A DNA stretch of 64,000 nucleotides from an uncultured Oscillospiraceae bacterium (GTDB lineage Bacteria > Bacillota > Clostridia > Christensenellales > CAG-138), in NCBI GenBank assembly GCA_964642795.1, contig CAZXRQ010000001.1, positions 3,288-67,287 on the forward strand, read 5' to 3'. The notes under the pieces were generated by a model. It was not told where the DNA came from, searched no databases, and saw only the letters and a program-made list of their open reading frames with translations. A program made the translations under genes and the position numbers. Of this stretch, positions 48,834 to 58,356 are shown in pieces (position 1 is the first letter of the stretch; each line of letters starts with the position of its first letter).

Positions 48834-50909
48834 ATGGAACTGCTTTCCCCGGCGGGCAGCTTTGAAAGCCTTATTGCAGCGGTACAGAATGGCGCGGACG
48901 CCGTATATTTTGGAGGCGCGGCATTTAACGCACGAAGACTTGCAAAGAATTTCGACAGTGCGGAGCTTGAGCGCGCAGTGGATTATTGCAGACTGCGCGG
49001 GGCAAAAGTATATATTACGCTAAACACCCTGCTTACGGACCGTGAATTGGGCGAGGCGTTAAATTATGCCGCGGAGCTATACCGGCTGGGAGTGGATGCG
49101 GTAATTGTGCAGGATATCGGGCTTGCCGGTCTGCTGCATAGACAGTTGCCGGAGCTTACGCTGCATGCGAGCACACAGATGGGCATACATGACCTTGACG
49201 GTGCGCTTACTGTACAAAAGTTGGGAATGTGCAGGGCGGTGTTGTCGCGCGAGACTTCGCTTGAAGCTATCAGGCATATTGCAGATAACTGTACGCTGGA
49301 GCTGGAGGCGTTTGCTCATGGCGCGCTGTGCATGAGCTTTTCCGGCGGCTGTCTGTTCTCCAGCATGGCAGGAGAGCGCAGCGGTAACCGGGGCACCTGC
49401 GCACAGCCCTGCCGCAAGCGCATGGCGGTAAACGACAGCCCTGGAACGGACGACTATGCGCTGAGCCTTTCGGATCTGTGTATGCTTTCGCATATAGCAG
49501 ATATGGAGGCTGCGGGTGTGTGCTGCATAAAGCTTGAAGGCAGAATGAAACGACCGGAGTACGTTGCCGCGGCAACACACGCGTATAGGCTTGCGATGGA
49601 TGGGGATACGACGGATCCCAATGAACTGCTCAGGGAGATACGAAGAATATTCGATCGCGGCGCAAGGACGGGCTATTACTACGGCGACGGAGCCGTAACG
49701 GACTGTGTTGCGCAAAGCCGCGGCGAGGAGGACGCGCTAAAACGCGCGCAGCTAAGCTATGCGGAGGAACGGCGCGCAAGACCTCTGGATATGCACTTAT
49801 ATCTGCGTGCCGGCGAACCCGCGCAGCTGCACGTAAGCAGTAACGGCACGACGGCTGAGCTTATCGGCGGCATTGCGCAGACTGCGAACAAGCCTCAGAG
49901 CGGCGACGTATATCTGCGCCAGCTTGAAAAATTAGGCGGTACTGCGTTCCAGCCTGGCAAATGCAGCGTGGACGCAGGGGAGGACGCGTATCTGCCGGCC
50001 GCTGAGATCAACGCGATGCGCCGTGAGGCGTGCCTGCTGATCGCCGGACAGCTTACCCAGCGGCGCGTGCTGCAAACTGCACCCATACTGCCCGCGCTTT
50101 CGCCTATGCAGAGTGAGAGCTTTAAAATATGCGTACAGACATGTACGCTCGCACAGGCAAAGGCCGCGCTGGACGCCGGAGCCGACGAGCTTGCGCTTGC
50201 GCCGTGGGATTATGCTATGGCGGCGGATATGCTGGAAGCCCTGCAAAAATACCGCGACGACGCAAAGCTGCTGCTGAGCCTGCCAGCTGTGGTGATGGCG
50301 CGTGAGGAACGCGACAGACTGATAGGTCTGCTGCACAGCGGCCTTGTGGATGGCGGTATAGCCTCCAACATAGGCCAAACGGACTGGCTGGAAGGGCTTA
50401 CTGTGCATCTTGCGGGTACGCAGCTCAACTCCATGAACTCATACAGCGTGCGCGCGCTGTACGCTATGGGGTATACCGGCGTTTTGCTCAGCCAGGAACT
50501 GACAAAGCCGCAGATAAATGATATACTCAAACACACAACCGCGGGCGTGCGCATATATGGGCGCACGGAGCTTATGCAGCTGTGCCATTGCACGGTGAAG
50601 GAGCACTTAGGCTGCATGGGCTGTACCGGAAATTCAGGGACGCTTGTTGACGAGGCGGGGAGACGCTTTCCGCTTGTTAATGTGAAGCAGACGGACGGCT
50701 GCCTTGTGAAGGTGCTCAACTGCGTCCCCACGGATATATGCGACCTGTACGGTAGACTGCCATTGGACAGGGCGCAGCTGGTATTCTGGGAAGAAACGCC
50801 GGAACAGACGGCGGAGCGTGTGCGCGCAGCCGTGCTTGCAAGAGCCGGTACGGCCGTAACGTCTGTTGAAAACGCTACGCGCGGCCATTGGACGCGCGCG
50901 GTAGACTAA
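48834..50909 (+). CDS. Peptidase U32 family protein (long form with C-terminal extension)
   Basis: MELLSPAGSFESLIAAVQNGADAVYFGG and the E..HGA.C....G.C pattern (EAFAHGALCMSFSGGCLFS). zapA-U32-mutS2 synteny is common in Firmicutes. Confidence 0.85.
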   Translation: MELLSPAGSFESLIAAVQNGADAVYFGGAAFNARRLAKNFDSAELERAVDYCRLRGAKVYITLNTLLTDRELGEALNYAAELYRLGVDAVIVQDIGLAGLLHRQLPELTLHASTQMGIHDLDGALTVQKLGMCRAVLSRETSLEAIRHIADNCTLELEAFAHGALCMSFSGGCLFSSMAGERSGNRGTCAQPCRKRMAVNDSPGTDDYALSLSDLCMLSHIADMEAAGVCCIKLEGRMKRPEYVAAATHAYRLAMDGDTTDPNELLREIRRIFDRGARTGYYYGDGAVTDCVAQSRGEEDALKRAQLSYAEERRARPLDMHLYLRAGEPAQLHVSSNGTTAELIGGIAQTANKPQSGDVYLRQLEKLGGTAFQPGKCSVDAGEDAYLPAAEINAMRREACLLIAGQLTQRRVLQTAPILPALSPMQSESFKICVQTCTLAQAKAALDAGADELALAPWDYAMAADMLEALQKYRDDAKLLLSLPAVVMAREERDRLIGLLHSGLVDGGIASNIGQTDWLEGLTVHLAGTQLNSMNSYSVRALYAMGYTGVLLSQELTKPQINDILKHTTAGVRIYGRTELMQLCHCTVKEHLGCMGCTGNSGTLVDEAGRRFPLVNVKQTDGCLVKVLNCVPTDICDLYGRLPLDRAQLVFWEETPEQTAERVRAAVLARAGTAVTSVENATRGHWTRAVD

Positions 50910-50933
50910 GAATAACTGCCGAGGAATTTACAA

Positions 50934-53282
50934 ATGCAAGATCGTGTATTGAAAACCCTTGAATTCGATAAGATCGCAATAATGGTGCGGGAACGGACGT
51001 CCTGCTGCGTAGGCGAAGAACTGGCGGAAGCCCTCAAGCCGGAGTACCGCTTTGACGAAGTGCAGCGAAGCCTTGAGCTTACCGCGCAGGCGCATACGCA
51101 GCTTGTAAGAAACGGCTGCTCGCCGGTAGACTGGTTTCCGGATATGCGGGAATGTCTTAAAAAAACCCATGCCGCGCTGTATCTTTCTACCGGAGAGCTG
51201 CTTGGTATAGCACAATGCCTGCGTGCATCACGGTTGGCAAGAGAGACCCTGGTACGGGAGGATTTCCCCGGCCTGCTTTATAACATTGCGAGCGGATTGT
51301 CCACGCACCGCAGCGTTGAGGAGGAGATAAGCCGCTGCATTATCAGCGAGGATGAGATGTTCGACGGCGCCTCGCCGGAGCTTGCGCGGATTCGCCGCGC
51401 TATGCGCATAGCCAACGAGCGCGTGCGTGAAAAGCTAAACTCCATGATACGCTCCGCAACATACCAAAAATACCTTCAGGAGCCGCTTATCACGATACGC
51501 AACGGCCGCTTCGTAATACCAGTAAAGCAGGAATACCGCCAGAATGTGCCGGGGCTTATTCACGACCAGTCCGGCAGCGGCGCAACGCTGTTTATAGAGC
51601 CTAATGCCGTAGTGGAGCTGGGCAACGAATATAAAAAGCTGTTGGGCGAGGAGGCGGAGGAGATAGAGCGCATACTCGCGGAGCTTACAGCGCTGCTTGC
51701 TCCGTATGCGGACGATATTTACGACAGCCTGCTGTTGCTGGGCGAGATCGACCTCATATTTGCCAAGGCTAAGCTGTCGCGCGAAATATCCGGCACCCTG
51801 CCCAAGCTGAACAGCGATGGCTTCATACGTATCGTGCGCGGAAGGCATCCGCTGCTTTCACGCGATGGCGTGGTGCCAATAGACATATGGCTGGGCCGCG
51901 ATTATACCACACTGATAATTACAGGCCCCAATACGGGCGGAAAGACTGTAACGCTCAAAACGGTGGGGCTGTTCACCCTGATGGCTCAAAGCGGTATATT
52001 CGTACCCGCGGATGAGGGTACGGAGCTATGCGTGTTTTCCAGCGTGTATGCGGATATCGGCGACGAGCAGAGCATAGAGCAGTCGCTCTCCACCTTTTCT
52101 TCGCACATGACCAACATAGTTGGCATACTCACATCGGCGGACGATCGCTCGCTCGTACTGCTGGACGAGCTGGGCGCGGGCACCGACCCCAACGAGGGCG
52201 CGGCGCTTGCCATGAGTATACTGGACGAGCTTACCGCACGATGCTGCATATGCCTTGCAACAACACATTACAGCGAGATAAAGGCGTTTGCGCTGACCAG
52301 GGAGGGCATGGAGAACGCCTCGATGGAATTCGATGTGGACAGGCTTTGTCCGACCTACCGGCTGTTCATAGGCATACCGGGAAAATCCAACGCATTTGAA
52401 ATCGGCGAGCGGCTGGGCCTTCCAAAGCATATAATCGACGCAGCACGGGAAAACCTCAAAGGCGAGAATGTGCGCTTTGAGGACGTGATATCCAGCGCGG
52501 AATCTCAGCGCAAGCGCGCCGAGCAGGAACGCTTTATGGCGGAGAAGGCCCGCGCGGAGCTGGACAGGCTGCGTGAGGAGGCGGAACGGGAGCGCAAAAA
52601 GCTCCAGGATGATAAGAATAAGCAGCAGGCCAAGGCGCGCGACGAGGCACGCAGGCTGGTGGCGGATACGCGCCGCGAGATGGATAAACTGATCGTTGAG
52701 ATACGCAGCATAAAGGGCATAGACCAAAGCGCTGCTGACAGGGTAATACAGCGCAGCCGTGACGCTATGCGCGCGGCTGAGGCGGGCCTAAGCGAGCCGA
52801 TCCTGCAACAGGCAAAGGATGACGCTGGCAGGCCGCCAAAGTCTGTAAAGCAGGGGCAGACGGTGCGCATAGTGTCATTGGATAAGCAAGCCACGGTAAT
52901 GTCGCCGTCCGATGCGAAGGGAGACGTACAGGTGCAGGCGGGCATAATCAAGCTGACGGTAAAGCTGTCGGATCTGCGGCTGATAGAGGACAAAAGCGAG
53001 ACGGCGGTGCGGACCAGCCTGCCTGCCAACCGTACCGTAGGACTGGAGTTGGATATACGCGGTATGCTTGTGGACGATGCCATACCGGTTGTAGACCGCT
53101 ATTTGGATGACGCTGCTGCGGCAGGGCTTAGCGAGGTAAGCATAATCCACGGCAAGGGCACAGGCGCATTGCGCAGCGGCATACAGGCGCATCTCAAAAA
53201 CCACAGGCGCGTAATGAGCTTCCGGTTGGGCGCATATGGCGAAGGGGACGCAGGCGTTACGGTGGTAACGCTGCGCCAGTAG
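50934..53282 (+). CDS. mutS2: Endonuclease MutS2
   Basis: Walker A GPNTGGKTV, a coiled-coil middle, and a C-terminal Smr domain (LDIRGMLVDDAIP...IIHGKGTGALR). Confidence 0.93.
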   Translation: MQDRVLKTLEFDKIAIMVRERTSCCVGEELAEALKPEYRFDEVQRSLELTAQAHTQLVRNGCSPVDWFPDMRECLKKTHAALYLSTGELLGIAQCLRASRLARETLVREDFPGLLYNIASGLSTHRSVEEEISRCIISEDEMFDGASPELARIRRAMRIANERVREKLNSMIRSATYQKYLQEPLITIRNGRFVIPVKQEYRQNVPGLIHDQSGSGATLFIEPNAVVELGNEYKKLLGEEAEEIERILAELTALLAPYADDIYDSLLLLGEIDLIFAKAKLSREISGTLPKLNSDGFIRIVRGRHPLLSRDGVVPIDIWLGRDYTTLIITGPNTGGKTVTLKTVGLFTLMAQSGIFVPADEGTELCVFSSVYADIGDEQSIEQSLSTFSSHMTNIVGILTSADDRSLVLLDELGAGTDPNEGAALAMSILDELTARCCICLATTHYSEIKAFALTREGMENASMEFDVDRLCPTYRLFIGIPGKSNAFEIGERLGLPKHIIDAARENLKGENVRFEDVISSAESQRKRAEQERFMAEKARAELDRLREEAERERKKLQDDKNKQQAKARDEARRLVADTRREMDKLIVEIRSIKGIDQSAADRVIQRSRDAMRAAEAGLSEPILQQAKDDAGRPPKSVKQGQTVRIVSLDKQATVMSPSDAKGDVQVQAGIIKLTVKLSDLRLIEDKSETAVRTSLPANRTVGLELDIRGMLVDDAIPVVDRYLDDAAAAGLSEVSIIHGKGTGALRSGIQAHLKNHRRVMSFRLGAYGEGDAGVTVVTLRQ

Positions 53283-53326
53283 GAAAATTCACAGCATTGC
53301 CCCCATTATTCATACGGAGTTCATAT

Positions 53327-53776
53327 ATGGATGATAATATTATTTACGCAATTTCGCGCCGCTTAATAGGGGAGATATGCCGGTACGACGAATGCAGCCG
53401 GACGGACGCGGATGCGGACACCCTGTATAAAACGGGGCGGGCGGTGTTGATATGTCCGGAATGCTTGGGTGGCTTGCCTACGCCGAGGCCGCCTGCTGAG
53501 ATAAGCGGCGGCGACGGCTCGGATGTACTGGACGGGCGCGCAAGGGTAATAAACGCCGCCGGACAGGATGTTACGGCACAATTTGTATCCGGTGCGTACG
53601 CCGCGCTGGATCAGGCGAGGCGCGCAGGCGCTTCACGCGCGGTGCTTAGGGCAAAGAGCCCTTCCTGCGGCTGTGGCGTAATATACGACGGAACCTTTGC
53701 CGGCGCGTTGACGCAGGGGGATGGTGTTACGGCTGCACTTTTTAAACGCAGCGGCATCGACGTGGAAACACGATAA
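53327..53776 (+). CDS. DUF523 family protein
   Basis: ACGGAG RBS lies 6 nt before ATG 53327. Motifs CPECLGGLPTPRPPAE and SPSCG are characteristic of DUF523. Confidence 0.7.
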   Translation: MDDNIIYAISRRLIGEICRYDECSRTDADADTLYKTGRAVLICPECLGGLPTPRPPAEISGGDGSDVLDGRARVINAAGQDVTAQFVSGAYAALDQARRAGASRAVLRAKSPSCGCGVIYDGTFAGALTQGDGVTAALFKRSGIDVETR

Positions 53777-53792
53777 TACGGAGGGAGCATTT

Positions 53793-54476
53793 ATGGAAAA
53801 CAAAAACACGATTCTCGTTATCGACGACGACCGCAACATACTTGCCATAATAGAGATGTACCTAAAAAAAGAGGGATTTTCGGTGGTTACTGGCGAGCGC
53901 GGCGACACGGTGCTGGAGCTGTTTCACAAGACGCAGCCTCAGCTTATCGTGCTGGATGTTATGCTGCCCGGAATTGATGGCTGGGAGGTATTGTCCGCTT
54001 TGCGCAAGGAAAGCGATGTGCCTGTGATAATGCTTACCGCAAAAGGCGATACCCTGGATCGTATTCAGGGATTGGAGCTGGGCGCGGACGACTATATGCC
54101 AAAGCCGTTTGAAGCAAAGGAACTGCTTGCAAGGATAAAGGCGGTGCTGCGCAGATTTGCAGCGCCCGAAAACGATAAATGCGTGGAGTATCCGGGGCTT
54201 GCGATATCGCTGGACAACTATTCCGTTACGCTGGACGGCAAACAGCTTGAAATGCCCCCAAAGGAGATAGAGCTGCTGTTTTTCCTTGCTGCGCGCGAGG
54301 GAAAGGTGTTTACGCGGGAGCAGCTTTTGGAGCAGGTGTGGGGCTTTGATTTCTTCGGCGATTCGCGTACTGTGGACGTGCATGTAAAGCGCATCCGTGA
54401 GAAGCTGGGCGAGCGCGAGGAGTGGCAGCTAAAGACAGTTTGGGGCGTAGGCTATAAATTCGAGGCGGCAAAATAA
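53793..54476 (+). CDS. OmpR-family response regulator
   Basis: Receiver domain (ILVIDDD, DVMLPGIDG, LTAKG) plus a winged-helix domain (RTVDVHVKRIREKL). Confidence 0.92.
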   Translation: MENKNTILVIDDDRNILAIIEMYLKKEGFSVVTGERGDTVLELFHKTQPQLIVLDVMLPGIDGWEVLSALRKESDVPVIMLTAKGDTLDRIQGLELGADDYMPKPFEAKELLARIKAVLRRFAAPENDKCVEYPGLAISLDNYSVTLDGKQLEMPPKEIELLFFLAAREGKVFTREQLLEQVWGFDFFGDSRTVDVHVKRIREKLGEREEWQLKTVWGVGYKFEAAK

Positions 54477-54479
54477 AGC

Positions 54480-55955
54480 ATGTTCAAGACGCTCTTTTCC
54501 AGGATGCTGGTTACCTATCTTGCCGTTACGCTGGGGCTGCTGCTGCTGCTGGGCGTAACGGTAAGCGGTCTGTTCAGGAACCAGTACATATCCGAAAAGG
54601 AGTTTGAGCTTCGCCGTGAGGCGGAGGAGATAAATACAATCATTATCAACCGTTATCTGGACGATGATAAGCGGCCTGTAGCCAAGGATGAGCTGGCAAC
54701 TATAACAAGGAAATACGATGCGCTGCTGCAGCTGCAGTTCACGGACGCCAAGTTCGGCAAGGTGATATTCATGGACGAGACCTCGGCTGATAAATGGGCG
54801 GGCAGCGAAAACGTTGACATAGGCGCGGAAACCGAGGCGCTTATAGCCGGAGGCACTGCGGCGGTTTACACGGATATGATGAAAGACGAGCTGGATATAC
54901 CCGTAATGACCATAACCCGCGCCATAACGGACGCCGACGGAAACAGTATAGGCGCAATGTTTTTGCATACGGATATGAGCAGCATAAATGATTCCATGCG
55001 GCAGGTATATTTGGACGTGCTGCTGTCCGCCTGCGTGGCGGTGCTTATTGCGTTTTTAACGGTATCGTATACCACCGGCAGAATTACCAAGCCTATAACC
55101 AACATGAATAAAACCGTGCAGCGGTTTTCCAAGGGCGAGTTCGATGTGCGTGTGCAGGTGGATTCCTCGGACGAGGTGGGTCAGCTTGGCGCGAGCTTTA
55201 ACGAGATGGCGGGGGAGATAAACGCACTCGAGCAGGTGCGGCGCAGCTTCGTTGCAAACGTTTCGCACGAGCTTAGAAGCCCGCTTACCAGTATGCGCGG
55301 CTTTCTTGAGGCCATGCAGGACGGTACGATACCGCCCGAGGAATATGATAAGTATCTGGATATTGTAATTGGCGAAAACAAACGCATGACCAGCATGGTA
55401 AACGACCTGCTGGATCTTGCGCGAATAGAAAGCGGACAGTATGTGCTGAATTTAGAGCATTTCGATATAAACGAGCTTATAGCGCGTACTTTGCTTACGT
55501 TTGAGGCGCGGATAAACGCAAAAAAGCTGGATGTCGAGCTGGACTTTTCACCTGAGCGCAGCTTTGTATCGGCTGATCCGGGGCAGATAGCGCAGGTGTT
55601 GCGAAACCTGGTGGACAACGCAATTAAGTTTACGCCGGATGGGGGCAGGCTTTATATATCCACCTGCGTTAAAAAAACGGTCACGCTGGTTTCGGTAAAA
55701 GATTCCGGGCGAGGCATACCCAAAGAGGATCTGCCCTACGTCTTTGACCGCTTCTATAAAGCGGAAAAGGCGCATACGCCTACGGATACCAGCGGCACGG
55801 GGCTGGGCCTTTCCATAGTGCAGCGCATAATCGAGCAGCACAATCAGACCATAAACGCGGAGAGCGACGGCACCGGCGGAGGCACCTGCTTTACCTTTAC
55901 CCTGCAGCATGTAAACGAGCGCATAGACACAAAACGTTCACGCGAAAAACGTTGA
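54480..55955 (+). CDS. Sensor histidine kinase (2 TM, HAMP, HisKA, HATPase_c)
   Basis: H-box FVANVSHELRSPLTSM, N-box LVDNAIKFT, and G-boxes DSGRGIP and GTGLGLSIV. Confidence 0.92.
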   Translation: MFKTLFSRMLVTYLAVTLGLLLLLGVTVSGLFRNQYISEKEFELRREAEEINTIIINRYLDDDKRPVAKDELATITRKYDALLQLQFTDAKFGKVIFMDETSADKWAGSENVDIGAETEALIAGGTAAVYTDMMKDELDIPVMTITRAITDADGNSIGAMFLHTDMSSINDSMRQVYLDVLLSACVAVLIAFLTVSYTTGRITKPITNMNKTVQRFSKGEFDVRVQVDSSDEVGQLGASFNEMAGEINALEQVRRSFVANVSHELRSPLTSMRGFLEAMQDGTIPPEEYDKYLDIVIGENKRMTSMVNDLLDLARIESGQYVLNLEHFDINELIARTLLTFEARINAKKLDVELDFSPERSFVSADPGQIAQVLRNLVDNAIKFTPDGGRLYISTCVKKTVTLVSVKDSGRGIPKEDLPYVFDRFYKAEKAHTPTDTSGTGLGLSIVQRIIEQHNQTINAESDGTGGGTCFTFTLQHVNERIDTKRSREKR

Positions 55956-56005
55956 ACAAAGCGCGCTTAAGTATTATACTGTCCATATTCAGGAGGAATT
56001 AAATT

Positions 56006-57331
56006 ATGTACGAGAACAACGGCTATACCAACGATTATCAACCGCAGGGCTACTATGAAAAACCGGCGGGCGGAAAGCGCGGAGCGGGCGGCTATATTAT
56101 TACTGCGCTTATCGCTTTTATCGTCGGCGTGATGGTGGCGAGCGTGTTTTTTATTTACTTCAAGGATGCTGGGGATACAGGGCTTGCGCTGCTGCCTACG
56201 CCTAGCGCAGGGGTTCAGCCGGAGGCCACACCGGATACTTCGGAGGAAGCCGGGCAGACACAGGCGCCTGAGCTTACGCCTACGCCAACCGAGCGTGTAA
56301 TGCCTGAGCTGGACGGTACGGCGCCGGTAATAGGGGACAGCAGTAATCCCATTCCGGATATTGTGGAGCAGATATCGCCGGGCGTCGTAGGTATTACCAA
56401 CTACGCGTATTCATATGAATACGCCCGGGATGTGGAAGCTAGCACCGGCAGCGGATTCATCATATCCACGGAAGGCTACATACTCACCAACGCCCATGTT
56501 GTTGAGGGCGCAAGCAAGGTAACTATCAACTTCACGGACGGCGAGGAAATAGAAGCTGAACTCGTAGGTTACGACAAGACGTCCGATATAGCGGTGCTCA
56601 AGATCGAAAAGGCCGGCCTTACCGTGCTGAAGCTGGGAGATTCCGATACGGTGCGCGTGGGAGAATTCGTAATAGCTATAGGCGATCCTACTGGGCGCGA
56701 GCTGGCGGGCACCACCACGTTTGGCATAATCAGCGCCACCGCGCGCGAGGTCAACATCGACGGTGTATCCAACGAATACCTGCAGGCCGACGCCGCGGTG
56801 AACCCCGGCAACTCCGGCGGGCCGCTGCTGAACATGGCCGGAGAGGTAGTGGGCGTGACCAGCGCAAAGACCGTTACCGCGAGCTATGACGAATACGGCA
56901 ATGCGATAGCGGCGGAGGGTCTGGGATTTGCGCTTCCTATAAATTACGCTATGGATATTGTTGAGCAGCTTATTACAAACGGCAACATACAGCGCCCCGG
57001 CATAGGCATAAGCGTTATCACCATCGACGAGCTTTCTGCCGAGCAGTATGGTGTACCGCAGGGCATACTGGTATATACGGTGACTAAGGACGGACCGGGC
57101 GATAAGGCAGGGCTTGAGCCCAACGATATTATCGTTGAGTGCAACGGCGCTGCGCTTACGGATCAGGATCAATTCGTGGCGATGGTCAAGGCTTACGGCG
57201 TGGGTGATACCCTGGAGCTCAAGGTGTGGCGCTCCGGCAGCTATATGAACGTTGAGCTTACGCTTGCGGATCTCAATACGCTGGGAAGCGAGCTCATAGG
57301 CGGCGAAGCCGACTTTGAGTTCTTTGACTGA
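56006..57331 (+). CDS. htrA: HtrA/DegP-family S1C serine protease with PDZ domain, membrane-anchored
   Basis: TM helix. Catalytic triad contexts TNAHVV, DIAVLK and GNSGGPL. C-terminal PDZ domain (GILVYTVTKDGPGDKAGLEPNDIIVECNG). Confidence 0.92.
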   Translation: MYENNGYTNDYQPQGYYEKPAGGKRGAGGYIITALIAFIVGVMVASVFFIYFKDAGDTGLALLPTPSAGVQPEATPDTSEEAGQTQAPELTPTPTERVMPELDGTAPVIGDSSNPIPDIVEQISPGVVGITNYAYSYEYARDVEASTGSGFIISTEGYILTNAHVVEGASKVTINFTDGEEIEAELVGYDKTSDIAVLKIEKAGLTVLKLGDSDTVRVGEFVIAIGDPTGRELAGTTTFGIISATAREVNIDGVSNEYLQADAAVNPGNSGGPLLNMAGEVVGVTSAKTVTASYDEYGNAIAAEGLGFALPINYAMDIVEQLITNGNIQRPGIGISVITIDELSAEQYGVPQGILVYTVTKDGPGDKAGLEPNDIIVECNGAALTDQDQFVAMVKAYGVGDTLELKVWRSGSYMNVELTLADLNTLGSELIGGEADFEFFD

Positions 57332-57347
57332 CGTTCAATTAACAACT

Positions 57348-57374
57348 AAGGCGGCTTAAGGGCCGCCTTTTTGT
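57348..57374 (+). terminator. htrA intrinsic terminator (copy 1 of an exact 29-bp direct repeat, 57346-57374)
   Basis: Stem AAGGCGGC (57348-57355) pairs with GCCGCCTT (57362-57369) around a 6-nt loop, with a T-run through 57372. Confidence 0.85.
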
Positions 57375-57580
57375 CTGTCGATAAACCCCGGTATTATTAA
57401 GGGCCGCAGCCCTTAATGTAAAATCCGGTCTGACGACAGGTGCGTCAGACCGGAAGGAAAATCGCAGATTTTCCCTGCTCCTCTCAGTCTTTGCCGCCCG
57501 GGAGCCTAAAGGCACAGCCTGTAGGCAAGAGGCAAAGACTGCAAGCTCGAAAAAGTCAATATTGACTTTTTCGACAGGCT
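57375..57580. other. 206-bp hairpin-dense insert with inverted ends (candidate MITE-like element or structured sRNA)
   Basis: Five consecutive perfect-stem hairpins at 57396-57417, 57424-57454, 57456-57474, 57485-57541 and 57547-57574. The ends CTGTCGATAAA and the reverse complement CTGTCGAAAAA match 10/11. No ORF of 60 aa or more. Confidence 0.5.
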
Positions 57581-57582
57581 CT

Positions 57583-57609
57583 AAGGCGGCTTAAGGGCCG
57601 CCTTTTTGT
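57583..57609 (+). terminator. Second, identical terminator (copy 2 of the 29-bp direct repeat, 57581-57609)
   Basis: Base-for-base identical to 57346-57374 (CTAAGGCGGCTTAAGGGCCGCCTTTTTGT). Confidence 0.8.
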
Positions 57610-57665
57610 TTGCAGCGTATGCTTTGTGGGAATAATAGCCGCAAAACAAGGAGGATGCGGCAATT

Positions 57666-58271
57666 ATGATAGGTATGAGTATACGCGTTTTGCGCGGACT
57701 TTGTGTAGGACTGGCCGGCGCGGCTTTGTTTGGCGCGGGTATGGCGCTTGGATACATTATAGCGCCTCAGGACGGGTCCGGTGATGATATACAGGCTCAG
57801 CATGAGTCTGGCGCGCCATATGCGAGCGCTACGGATATTTCGACGGAGAAACCGGACGCTGCGGCCGTTGGCGCGTCTGAGATAATTGTTGGGGTCAACA
57901 CCCGCGCCGTATTCAGCTATACGTTCAGCGGCTGCGGTCATACGCTGGATGTGCTTACCGATGACGTGACGGGCATGAATGAATCCGATGTGCGCACGGC
58001 TTATCCGAATAAGCGCATAGTAGAGTTTACACAGGAGCAGGTCGTTCTGCTGGAAAAGCTTGACGGATGCTGCCCAATGCATTATTATGTTCGGCTTGAA
58101 AACGGACGGGTTGTGGTTACACGGCGTGACGAACAGACGCTTGACCCCTGTGTTGTGGCTGAGTTTTCTCCTCCGGAGACGAGCGATGAGCAGCTGGCCG
58201 AGCTGACCGAAGGGTTGGTTTTTGACTGCCTCGAGGATATCAACGTGTATTTTGAGAGTTACGGCAGCTGA
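57666..58271 (+). CDS. Membrane-anchored protein, possibly BofC-like (sporulation checkpoint) domain
   Basis: AAGGAGGA RBS before ATG 57666 and an N-terminal TM helix. The C-terminal segment VVLLEKLDGCCPMHYYVRLENGRVVVTRRDEQ resembles the BofC beta-domain pattern. The position next to ruv genes mirrors B. subtilis bofC-ruvAB synteny. Tentative. Confidence 0.4.
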   Translation: MIGMSIRVLRGLCVGLAGAALFGAGMALGYIIAPQDGSGDDIQAQHESGAPYASATDISTEKPDAAAVGASEIIVGVNTRAVFSYTFSGCGHTLDVLTDDVTGMNESDVRTAYPNKRIVEFTQEQVVLLEKLDGCCPMHYYVRLENGRVVVTRRDEQTLDPCVVAEFSPPETSDEQLAELTEGLVFDCLEDINVYFESYGS

Positions 58272-58356
58272 GCGTTGGCAAAATGAGGTTATCATGGTAA
58301 AATAGCCATATATACAGTCTGTACGAATGCGGGTACACAGTATCGGAGGACGCGCC

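Noticed and set aside
57375-57580. Considered whether the hairpin cluster could be a CRISPR array, 6S RNA or an integron attC site.
   Set aside because: The five palindromes all differ in sequence and spacing, so there is no repeat-spacer periodicity. The fold is multi-hairpin rather than one long 6S-like helix with a central bubble. No integrase or cas genes are nearby. It is kept as an unexplained element in the findings instead.
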